From Candidatus Eiseniibacteriota bacterium (GTDB taxonomy: Bacteria > Orphanbacterota > Orphanbacteria > Orphanbacterales > Orphanbacteraceae): a stretch of 64,000 nt of DNA. Positions 24,709 to 32,961 of this stretch are shown one piece after another. The translations under genes and the position numbers were made by a program. Under the pieces are notes generated by a model that searched no databases, was not told where the DNA came from, and saw only the letters and a list, made by a program, of their open reading frames with translations. Within the stretch, counting starts at the first letter, position 1. Each line of letters starts with the position of its first letter. Location of the stretch: assembly GCA_029262235.1 (NCBI GenBank), contig JAJCZU010000008.1, positions 195,621 through 259,620 of the forward strand. Reading direction: 5' to 3'.

Positions 24709-26925
24709 ATGCTCGCGCTTGCGCCCAGGCATATGCTCGCGCTTGCGCTGGCAGCAGCCATGTTCGCGATCGGCATGGAGTCGTCGGCAGGCGAAATCCC
24801 GGACTCGAACAGGCCTCGGATCGGCCTCGCGCTCAGCGGAGGCACGGCGCGCGGGCTGGCACATATCGGCGTGCTGAGAGAGCTCGAGGAGATCGGGATC
24901 CGTCCCGACTTCATCGCGGGCACGAGCATGGGGGCCGTGGTCGGCGGACTCTATTCCCTGGGCCTGTCGGCGAACGAAGTCGAGGAGCTCATGCTCTCGC
25001 TCGACTGGGCCGACCTGTTCTCGGATCGACCGGTCCGAAGCCGGCGCTCGTTCCGGCGCAAAGAGGAAGATCGAGCCAGCCTGATCGATTTTGAGTTCGG
25101 GTTGCGTCACTGGACTCTTTCTCTGCCGCAGAGTTTTGTCGGGGGGCGGAAGCTCGCCGTCGCGTTCCCGCTCCCGACGCTCTATACCAGCCAGCCGGAC
25201 TTCGACCATCTCCCGATTCCGTTCCGCGCGGTTGCCACCGACATCGAGACGGGCGAGATGGTCATCATCTCCCGGGGAACCGTCGTGCAGGCCATGAGGG
25301 CAAGTATCGCCATTCCGGGAGTGTTCTCCCCCGCGTCCGTCGACGGACGGCTGCTTGTGGACGGCGGCATTGTGCGCAACCTGCCTGTGGACGTCGTGCG
25401 GGACATGGGCGCCGACATCGTGATTGCCGTGAACGTGAGCATGCCCGTCAGGCCCGAGGAGTCGGATCCGTTCGGTTCCGTTTCCGGGATCCTGGCCCAG
25501 AGCGTGACACTGGCCACGCAGGACAACATCGCAGAGCAGAAGGCCCTGGCCGACCTCGTGATCGAACCGGATCTCAGGAAGATCGGCAGGCTCCGTTTCG
25601 ACCGTGCCGGGGAGATTGTGCAGCGGGGACGTGACGCAACCTCCGCGCTGGCGCCGGAACTGCGCCGGTACGCCGACGCTTCGGATTCGAATCGCGCGGC
25701 GCATGCCCCCCTGCCCGCTTCCGGGACGATCGACTCCGTCGAAATCGTCAATCATTCGAAGATCGCAACGCAGGTAATCCGGCGGTCACTCCATATTCGG
25801 CTCGGCGAGGAACTCGACTGGGAAGCGCTGCGAGTCGATCTCAGCCGGGTCCATGAGTTCGGACTTACCGAGCGGGTCGATCTCGAGTTCGTTAAGGACG
25901 GTCCGCTGACGATTCTTCGTCTCGAGGCGCAAAAGAAGACCCAGCCTACAGTGGTGCGGTTCGGATTCACATTCTCCGACGATGTCGAACAGAACACTCG
26001 CTTCGACCTGCACGCGCGCGTGACGAGCCGCGAGCTGAATCGTCTCGGCGCTGAGTCGCGCAACGACCTGGCGCTCGGTACGAACCGCCTGGTTCGGTCG
26101 GAATGGTACCAGCCTCTCGAATACTCACGAACGCTCTTCGTGGTGCCGAGCGCACGCTATGAGAAATCACCTGATGACTTCTATCGAGGGGATCGTCGCA
26201 TCGCTCAGTACGAAACGGAAATTCAATCCGCGAGACTCGAAGCAGGATTACAGATCGGACGATTCGGCGAGGTGCGGACCGGCTTTGAGCTCGGCCACGT
26301 GAAGTCCACGATCGCCACCGGATCAGATTCGCTGCCGCAGTGGGACACGGCTCGCTCGATGCTGACCGCCGGGGCCACGATCGACATGCTCGACGACGCG
26401 TCATTTCCCACGTCCGGCGGCATCGGAACGTGGACGTGGCGCGGCGCGCGCAAGATCGCGGGCGGGGATCTCGTCTATGAGCGCACGGAAGCAATCCTCG
26501 CTCTCTTCAGATCGAGCGGTCGAACGACCGTCTTCTGGACAGGCAGGGCCGGAACCGATCTCGACAGCAACGCCCCGGTGTTCGAACAGTTTTCGCTCGG
26601 AGGGCTGCGATCCATGTCCGGCTATCACGAGGACGAGCTGCGTGGACCGGTTCTGACAACGGCGCGCCTGGGAGCGTTTCGTTCCATCTACTCGATTTCG
26701 CAGGTATTTCGCTCACAGGTCTATCTGGGCGCCTGGCTCGACGCGGGAAACGTATGGGCCACGGCAGACAAGGCTCGCCTGGATGAACTTCGCTACTCCG
26801 GCTCCGTATTCGTGGGAATCGACGCCCCGGTCGGCCCCGTTTATCTGACGTATGGTCGAACGGACGATGGTCGTGACGCGGCATACTTGACGATCGGGCT
26901 CAAACTCACCGATGGAGAAAGCTAG
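24709..26925 (+). CDS. patatin-like phospholipase fused to POTRA and Omp85/BamA-type beta-barrel (PlpD-like, type Vd secretion architecture)
   Basis: GLALSGGTARGLAHIGVL (oxyanion GGxR), GTSMGA (GxSxG), VDGGIVRNLP (catalytic DGG). The C-terminal ~300 aa are barrel-like and end ...YLTIGLKL. Start is ambiguous (24583, 24709 or 24733) because of a 24-nt in-frame duplication at 24705-24752. Confidence 0.85.
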   Translation: MLALAPRHMLALALAAAMFAIGMESSAGEIPDSNRPRIGLALSGGTARGLAHIGVLRELEEIGIRPDFIAGTSMGAVVGGLYSLGLSANEVEELMLSLDWADLFSDRPVRSRRSFRRKEEDRASLIDFEFGLRHWTLSLPQSFVGGRKLAVAFPLPTLYTSQPDFDHLPIPFRAVATDIETGEMVIISRGTVVQAMRASIAIPGVFSPASVDGRLLVDGGIVRNLPVDVVRDMGADIVIAVNVSMPVRPEESDPFGSVSGILAQSVTLATQDNIAEQKALADLVIEPDLRKIGRLRFDRAGEIVQRGRDATSALAPELRRYADASDSNRAAHAPLPASGTIDSVEIVNHSKIATQVIRRSLHIRLGEELDWEALRVDLSRVHEFGLTERVDLEFVKDGPLTILRLEAQKKTQPTVVRFGFTFSDDVEQNTRFDLHARVTSRELNRLGAESRNDLALGTNRLVRSEWYQPLEYSRTLFVVPSARYEKSPDDFYRGDRRIAQYETEIQSARLEAGLQIGRFGEVRTGFELGHVKSTIATGSDSLPQWDTARSMLTAGATIDMLDDASFPTSGGIGTWTWRGARKIAGGDLVYERTEAILALFRSSGRTTVFWTGRAGTDLDSNAPVFEQFSLGGLRSMSGYHEDELRGPVLTTARLGAFRSIYSISQVFRSQVYLGAWLDAGNVWATADKARLDELRYSGSVFVGIDAPVGPVYLTYGRTDDGRDAAYLTIGLKLTDGES

Positions 26926-27093
26926 GGTGCCATGACGAGAACATCCCTGGCGCCGGGATTCATATGCTCCGGCACACCTTTTGAACTTACCTTCCCATGA
27001 AGGGCGCTCCGGCCCGGGCCAATCTCAATGCTATCGCGGTCGGTCTGAAAGCGAGGCAGTTCTGAATCGGGGGTAGTTCGAATACAGGGGGCG

Positions 27094-27167
27094 TGGCTGG
27101 GATGCAGGGATTCGAACCCCGATTTTTCGGTCCAGAGCCGAACGTCCTACCATTGGACGACATCCCA
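27094..27167 (-). tRNA. tRNA-Gln (anticodon CUG), CCA encoded
   Basis: Folded by hand. Acceptor UGGGAUG/CAUCCCA (U1-A72). D arm GUCC-AAUGGUA-GGAC. Anticodon arm UUCGG-CUCUGGA-CCGAA. T arm CGGGG-UUCGAAU-CCCUG. Discriminator G plus CCA. 74 nt. Confidence 0.9.
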
Positions 27168-27290
27168 TCCAGAACTGATGAGGATAGAAAAAGGACCCCG
27201 ATGTGTCAAGATGCCGCGGGGCCGTAAAAGCCGAATTCGTCGACTTTTAGCGGAGCCTGGAACGTGCGCCTGCCCGCCGGGGGGGCGCCG

Positions 27291-28796
27291 TTACGGGGTC
27301 GCCGCGAGCGCAGTTGCTGCCCGGAGCCGCCGGGCGCACTTTTCACGCCCGAGAAGCGGGATCGCGTGGAACATGCTGGGCCCTACGCCGGTGCCGGTCA
27401 TCGCCGTGCGGGCGCCGTTCATGATGAGCCCGAGCTTGGCGCCGGTCTCTTCGCTGAACGCGCGGACAGCGGCTTCGACATGCTCGAGGTCGAACGGATC
27501 GACGGCTTCGAGCGCGGTGGCGAGCCCGGTGAGCAGATCGCCCATCCCCTCTTTCTGCAGATTCTTCTTCACGGCTTTCTCGTCCATTTCAAAATCGTCA
27601 GCAAAGAACGCGCGGCCGGACTCTTCGAAGTCGTGCAGGGTGCGATAGCGCTCGCGAATGAGATCGAGCACGGTCAGAAACCAGGCGCGGCCCCGCGGTG
27701 CGCCGCCGGCACTCCCGCCTTCTTCCGCCCACTCGTCTTTCCACAGCCCGATTTCGCGAAAGCGCGCTTCGACGAGCGGCGCGAGATCTTCGATCGGCAT
27801 CTCCTGCAGATACTGGGCATTGATCGCGATCGCCTTCGGGTCCGTGTAGAGCCGCTCGTCGCCGGGGTTGTAGTTGAAGATCGCGTTCGACTTGTTCACT
27901 TTCGCGAGATCGAACTTCTCGATCAGCGCGGCGTGCGTCAGCTTTTCGTCTTCGGCGCCGGGCGACCATCCCAGGAGCGCCATGAAGTTCGCAAACGCGT
28001 CGGGGAGAAAGCCGCGGTCGCGATAAAAGTTGAGGCTCACGATTTCGCCGTGTTTGCGCTTCGAGAGCTTCGCCTTGTTCGGCGCAAGAATCAGCGGCAG
28101 ATGCCCGAACTGCGGCACGTCTTTTCCGAGCGCGCGATAGAGGAGAATCTGCTTCGGCGTGTTCGAAAGATGATCCTGGCCGCGAATGACGTGCGAAATC
28201 TTCATGTCGGCGTCGTCGACTACAACGCTCAGATTGTAGAGCGGCGATCCGTCCGACCGAAGAAGCACGAAGTCGTCGATGTTTTCGCTCGATTTCCTGT
28301 TCTCGCCGAATACGAGATCGTCGAAGACAACGGTCTCTCCTTCCGGTACGCGAAAGCGCACGACGAACGGATTCCCGTCGGCCGCAAGCGCGTCGGAATC
28401 TTCGCGGGACCGCGCGCGTTCGTTCGCATCGAAACGCCATGTCTCCTTCGCCGCCTGCGCCGCTTCCTTCTGCGCCGTGAGCGCCTCGGGCGTCAGGAAG
28501 TCGCGATACGCGTGCCCAGAAGAAAGCAATGCATCGACCGCGGCCTTGTGCGCTTCGCTCCGCTCGCCCTGGAAGTACGGGCCTTCGTCGGGATCGAGCC
28601 CGAGCCACTTGAGCCCTTCGATGAAGTAGCCGACCGACTCCCTGGTCGAACGCTCGCGGTCGGTGTCTTCGATACGAAGTATGAACACGCCGTCATGCTG
28701 GCGCGCGTAGATCCAGTTGAAGAGCGCGGTGCGTGCGCCGCCCACATGAAAGTAGCCGGTGGGGCTCGGCGCGAATCGTACGCGTACCTGGCTCAA
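27291..28796 (-). CDS. gltX: glutamate--tRNA ligase
   Basis: VRFAPSPTGYFHVGGARTALFNW (HIGH-type motif), ILRIEDTD, KLSKRK (KMSKS). 501 aa. Confidence 0.95.
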   Translation of the reverse strand: MSQVRVRFAPSPTGYFHVGGARTALFNWIYARQHDGVFILRIEDTDRERSTRESVGYFIEGLKWLGLDPDEGPYFQGERSEAHKAAVDALLSSGHAYRDFLTPEALTAQKEAAQAAKETWRFDANERARSREDSDALAADGNPFVVRFRVPEGETVVFDDLVFGENRKSSENIDDFVLLRSDGSPLYNLSVVVDDADMKISHVIRGQDHLSNTPKQILLYRALGKDVPQFGHLPLILAPNKAKLSKRKHGEIVSLNFYRDRGFLPDAFANFMALLGWSPGAEDEKLTHAALIEKFDLAKVNKSNAIFNYNPGDERLYTDPKAIAINAQYLQEMPIEDLAPLVEARFREIGLWKDEWAEEGGSAGGAPRGRAWFLTVLDLIRERYRTLHDFEESGRAFFADDFEMDEKAVKKNLQKEGMGDLLTGLATALEAVDPFDLEHVEAAVRAFSEETGAKLGLIMNGARTAMTGTGVGPSMFHAIPLLGREKCARRLRAATALAATP

Positions 28797-28838
28797 AGCG
28801 ATTCTCCTGACGGCGCGCTGGCGCGGTTCGTTAACAAA

Positions 28839-29654
28839 TCATTCTCCATAATAGTCCGCGACGTTCCTGTCTGTTTCGTGCAGTCGCACGCGGTGCAGCG
28901 CGGCGCCGCCGGGAGTCGGCCCGAGCCGGTCCCAGATCACGCGCGCGATGTTTTCGGCGGTCGGATTCATCGACGCGAACTCGGCGATGTCGCAGTTGAG
29001 ATGCGTGTGATCGAGATAGTCGATCACTTTCTCGTCCACGAGCCTGTCGATATCGGTGATGTTGCAGATGGTCCCGGTGCGCGCGTCGACTTCGCCTTTC
29101 ACGGTGACTTCAACGCGATAGTTGTGCCCGTGCCCGCTCGGGTTCGTGCACTTCCCGAAGAGCGCGCGGTTCTCGGCCTCGCTGAGCGAAGCCTGGTGCA
29201 GGCGATGCGCCGCGCAAAAATGATAGCCGCGCGTCAGAAACATGTCGTCACTCCCTGCCTTCTTGTCGAGATAGAGTTCGGGTTCTTCCGTAATGCGAAT
29301 TGCGTGCAATGTGCCGTTCGGGTACGCCGGCTCGAGTCGCTCCCAGATGAAATGCGCGAGGTTTTCGAGCGTCGGCGACTTCTCTTTGAAGTACGCGACG
29401 TCGTCGTTCAGAAACTTGCGGTCGAGTTCGGTGATCACGCGATCAACGATGACCGACTTGATCGTCTTCAGATTCTCGACCATGCCGTGTTCGGCGCTGA
29501 TCTCGCCGCGGATCGTCACCTGCAGCACGTAGTTGTGCCCGTGAATGTTCAGCGGGCCGAAAAGGCGCGCGGCCTCGTCTTCATCGAGCCACGGCAGCCT
29601 GTAATGATGTGCGGCGGAAAACGTCTGTTCGCGCCGCAGATATCCGATCGTCAT
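28839..29654 (-). CDS. tandem-domain 6-carboxytetrahydropterin / 6-pyruvoyl-tetrahydropterin synthase family protein (QueD-like x2)
   Basis: Two PTPS-like halves, each with FSAAHxxL...HGHNY..EV motifs: FSAAHHYRL..HGHNYVLQV and FCAAHRLH..GHGHNYRVEV. Confidence 0.8.
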   Translation of the reverse strand: MTIGYLRREQTFSAAHHYRLPWLDEDEAARLFGPLNIHGHNYVLQVTIRGEISAEHGMVENLKTIKSVIVDRVITELDRKFLNDDVAYFKEKSPTLENLAHFIWERLEPAYPNGTLHAIRITEEPELYLDKKAGSDDMFLTRGYHFCAAHRLHQASLSEAENRALFGKCTNPSGHGHNYRVEVTVKGEVDARTGTICNITDIDRLVDEKVIDYLDHTHLNCDIAEFASMNPTAENIARVIWDRLGPTPGGAALHRVRLHETDRNVADYYGE

Positions 29655-29704
29655 CGCGTTCCCCTTTGCGAAAACGGTATCATGGGGTCATAGGGGGGTC
29701 AAAC

Positions 29705-30370
29705 ATGGCCGATGAGACAAGCGACACGGGCACGGCGCTCCGACCACGCGTTGAAGCGCGATCCACCGCCGCGATCATCCTGGCCGCCGGGCGCTCTTCG
29801 CGCATGGGGGCTTCCAAGGCGCTGCTCGACGTCGCCGGATGTCCCTTTCTCGTGCGCGTGATCCGGTCGTTCCGGGCGGCCGGGTGCGATCCCGTTCACG
29901 TCGTATCCGGTCACGAACCCGAACTGCTTGAGCAGGTCGCGGAGGCCGAGTTCGCGCGCGGGGTCCGGAACGCGCGCCACGCCGAAGGCCAGATCACGTC
30001 GCTCACCGCCGGCATTCGCTCCCTCCCCCATACTATAGAAGGCTTTCTGATGACCCCGGTCGATCATCCGCTGTTCGACCCGGCTCCGGTGCGTGCGTTT
30101 CTGGGTGCGGCGCTGGCCGGCGGGAAGCCGCTCGCGGTCCCCGTGAGCGAGAGCGGGCGGCGCGGGCATCCGCTATTCGTGCATCGTTCGCTGTTTCCCG
30201 AGTTTCTGGCGATCGAGGACGACCCCGAATCCGGGCTGACCGCGCGCGACGTGATCCGCCGCGATCCGGCCCGCGTGCTCGAAGTCCCGGGCGCGAGCCC
30301 CGCGTTCTATACGAATCTGAACGAGCCGGCCGATCTGGGACGCCTCGAAGAATTCCTGCCCGACTACTAA
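29705..30370 (+). CDS. MobA-like NTP transferase (MocA / molybdenum cofactor cytidylyltransferase-like)
   Basis: AAIILAAGRSSRMGASKALL is the N-terminal nucleotide-binding signature of the NTP_transf_3 family. ~220 aa. Confidence 0.75.
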   Translation: MADETSDTGTALRPRVEARSTAAIILAAGRSSRMGASKALLDVAGCPFLVRVIRSFRAAGCDPVHVVSGHEPELLEQVAEAEFARGVRNARHAEGQITSLTAGIRSLPHTIEGFLMTPVDHPLFDPAPVRAFLGAALAGGKPLAVPVSESGRRGHPLFVHRSLFPEFLAIEDDPESGLTARDVIRRDPARVLEVPGASPAFYTNLNEPADLGRLEEFLPDY

Positions 30371-30411
30371 CCGAACACACTCTAACGACTTGTACTACCT
30401 CTTCAGCTAAA

Positions 30412-30453
30412 TCACCCGCTAGTAAGTAAATGTTTACTTACTAACGCGGGTGA
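30412..30453. promoter_or_regulatory. AT-rich perfect palindrome TAGTAAGTAAA-TG-TTTACTTACTA flanked by GC arms (operator or bidirectional hairpin)
   Basis: Core 11-2-11 perfect inverted repeat at 30420-30443. The arms extend to TCACCCGC / (A)CGCGGGTGA at 30412-30453 with one extra base. It lies 42 nt after the MobA-like stop and 163 nt before the next start. Confidence 0.4.
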
Positions 30454-30615
30454 GAACATGAAGGGCACCTCGATGCCGCCCCCCCCGACAATGGACATTT
30501 TTCTTCCTTCCCCATGGCGGGTTCCTTCCCGGTTTCGCGTAGCTCCCTTTGAAGGCAGGACTCGACAGTGCGAGTCATCACAACCCGAACCTCTTTTGAA
30601 AGGGAGGAACGAAAA

Positions 30616-31350
30616 ATGAGAACGAAAGAAGCAGACCGGACGAAGATCATCACGCTGAACATCGCGGTGGCAGCAGCCCTCTTCTGCCTCGCGACGGCCA
30701 CGCTGGCGTTCGCCGACGAGCCGGTCTCGATCGACCTCGCGTTCATCACGCATCTCGACGCGAACATGGCGGAACAGGACGTCTACATCGAACGCATCAA
30801 GGGAAGCGGCGAAGTCTGGCGGGTCACGGCGGGCGATCACAACATGAACGCGCCGCTCTACAAGACGGCGGTCGAAGTGCAGCACGACCCGTTCAACGCT
30901 GACGCCGTCGGCCCGTATCCGAAAGGCGAGCCGCTCGGCATGACGCTCGGCGACTGGCTGAAGCATTCGGGCACAGGCCGGTACACGTGCAACGGCAGCG
31001 AAGGGCGCATCGAAATGGACTTCAAGGGCCTGGTGCCGAACGGGGTCTACACGGTATGGCACGCGTTCATCACGATTCCGCCGCCGGTCCCGTTCACGGG
31101 CACGCTCGACATTCCGCTCGGCGCCCGCGACGGCTCCGAATCGGTGTTCAAGGCCGACCGGAACGGCAACGCGAAGTTCGTCCACGACTTCGTCCCGTGC
31201 CTGCAGATGTCGGACATCTGGACGACGTCGATGGTCGCCATCAACTACCACAGCGACGGCCGCACCTACGGCGGGCACCCGGGATCGTTCGGCAACCGCT
31301 CCCACATCCCGCTCTTCTCGATGCTCCCGAAGCGGGCCGGCCTCGAGTAG
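30616..31350 (+). CDS. secreted hypothetical protein, partner of the downstream di-haem peroxidase (MbnP-like candidate)
   Basis: GGGAGGA RBS. Signal peptide ...LATATLAFA. 245 aa with no motif I recognise. The stop is 39 nt before the peroxidase gene. Confidence 0.5.
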   Translation: MRTKEADRTKIITLNIAVAAALFCLATATLAFADEPVSIDLAFITHLDANMAEQDVYIERIKGSGEVWRVTAGDHNMNAPLYKTAVEVQHDPFNADAVGPYPKGEPLGMTLGDWLKHSGTGRYTCNGSEGRIEMDFKGLVPNGVYTVWHAFITIPPPVPFTGTLDIPLGARDGSESVFKADRNGNAKFVHDFVPCLQMSDIWTTSMVAINYHSDGRTYGGHPGSFGNRSHIPLFSMLPKRAGLE

Positions 31351-31389
31351 ACCAGAACGAAACGAAAGCGACAGAGGAACGGAACAATC

Positions 31390-32961
31390 ATGAAAACGCG
31401 ACGGAACATACTGGCGCAGGCGATTCTCGCGGTTCACGCGATCGCGATCCTGGCCGGCGGCGCTTCGGGCATTGCCCCGAAGGCGCCGCCGGTAGAGGCC
31501 TGGTCACTCGCCCTTCTCGACTCCCCGCTCCAGAGCACGCCGCACGAAGACGCGGCCCGCCGGCACCGCCTCCCGGCGCCGGTCACGGACGACGACTTCA
31601 TCGATGGCGGCGCGCCGGCAAGAGACAAAGTCGAACTCGGGCGCATGCTCTTCTTCGACAAAGTCATATCGGGCAATCAGAACGTGTCGTGCGCGACGTG
31701 CCATCATCCGAAGTTCGCGACGTCCGACGGCGTTTCCCTCGCGTTCGGCGAAGGGGCGAGCGGACTCGGGCCGGATCGCGCGCCGGGCGCGTCCCTCGAC
31801 GAGACGATTCACGAGCGTGTGCCGCGCAATTCCCCCGCTCTCTTCAATTTAGGGGCGAAGGAATTCGAAGTGCTGTTTCACGACGGGCGCGTCGAGGCGG
31901 ACGAGCACGGCTGGTACGAAGGCGGGTTCATTACACCCGCGAAATGGAAGCTGCCGCAGGGCCTCGAGAACGTGCTGGCCGCGCAGGCGATGTTCCCCGT
32001 GACGTCGCCGGCCGAAATGGCCGGGCAGAAGTCGGAGAACACGATTGCCGACGCGCGATCGCTGAACAACGCCGCGGGCAAGGGCGGCGTCTGGGAGCAG
32101 ATCGCGGGGCGCCTGCGGGCGATTCCCGAGTACGTGACGCTGTTCGAACGCGCGTTCCCGGGCGAGGTGAACGCGCCGGAGGACATCACGTTCGTCCGCG
32201 CCGCCAACGCGATCGCGGCTTTCGAAGCCGAGGCGTTCCGCGCGGACAACAGCCCGTTCGACCGCTATCTGCGCGGCGACGACAAAAGCATGACGGCGCA
32301 GCAGAAGCGCGGCATGGAACTCTTCTACGGCACGGCCGACTGCGCAAGCTGCCATGTCGGCAAGTTCCAGACCGACCATGACTTTCACGCAATCGCGATG
32401 CCGCAGGTCGGCCCTGGCAAGAACGACGGCAGCGATGACGATTACTGGAACGCCACCGGACATTCCGCATTCGTGGAAGACTTCGGTCGCGGCCGCGTCA
32501 CCGTGCGCCCCGAAGACAACTACAAGTTTCGTACGCTTCCGCTTCGGAACGTGGAGCTGACGGGGCCGTGGGGACACGCGGGCGCGTACCCGACTCTCGA
32601 GGACGTCGTGCGCCACCACATCGATCCCGTAAAGTGCCTGGAGGAGTACGAGCCGGCGAAGGCGAATCTGCCGCCTGTCGAGCAGGTGGCCGAACTCACG
32701 GCGACCGGCTCGAAACTGGAGCACAGCTATCTGGGCCCGAACAGGCTTGCCGGATTCCTGGAGCGCGATACCTGGGTGCAGCGAAACGACGATCTGCGAA
32801 GCCGCATTGCCGCCGCCAACGAACTGAAGCCGGCCGCCGTCGACGAACGCGCAATCGACGACCTCGTGGCTTTTCTGAAGAGTCTGACGGATCCCGCGAG
32901 CCGCGACCTGACGCACCTGATTCCCGATCGCGTGCCGAGCGGGCTCCCTGTGGACCGCTAA
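31390..32961 (+). CDS. di-haem cytochrome c peroxidase family protein (MauG/MbnH-like)
   Basis: Two CxxCH haem motifs (CATCHH, CASCHV). LGRMLFFDKVISGNQNVSCATCHHP is typical of the CCP/MauG N-terminus. Signal peptide. Confidence 0.85.
   Translation: MKTRRNILAQAILAVHAIAILAGGASGIAPKAPPVEAWSLALLDSPLQSTPHEDAARRHRLPAPVTDDDFIDGGAPARDKVELGRMLFFDKVISGNQNVSCATCHHPKFATSDGVSLAFGEGASGLGPDRAPGASLDETIHERVPRNSPALFNLGAKEFEVLFHDGRVEADEHGWYEGGFITPAKWKLPQGLENVLAAQAMFPVTSPAEMAGQKSENTIADARSLNNAAGKGGVWEQIAGRLRAIPEYVTLFERAFPGEVNAPEDITFVRAANAIAAFEAEAFRADNSPFDRYLRGDDKSMTAQQKRGMELFYGTADCASCHVGKFQTDHDFHAIAMPQVGPGKNDGSDDDYWNATGHSAFVEDFGRGRVTVRPEDNYKFRTLPLRNVELTGPWGHAGAYPTLEDVVRHHIDPVKCLEEYEPAKANLPPVEQVAELTATGSKLEHSYLGPNRLAGFLERDTWVQRNDDLRSRIAAANELKPAAVDERAIDDLVAFLKSLTDPASRDLTHLIPDRVPSGLPVDR

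Noticed and set aside
27094-27167. tRNA-Gln as a possible integration site of a mobile element
   Set aside because: No integrase, no direct repeat of the tRNA 3' end, and no compositional break in the flanks (PlpD-like gene on one side, gltX on the other).
27264-29693. 809-aa ORF on the plus strand
   Set aside because: It is antisense to textbook gltX and queD-like genes. Its product is Arg/Val/Glu-rich with no motif. Such long antisense ORFs are expected in GC-rich DNA because stop codons are AT-rich.
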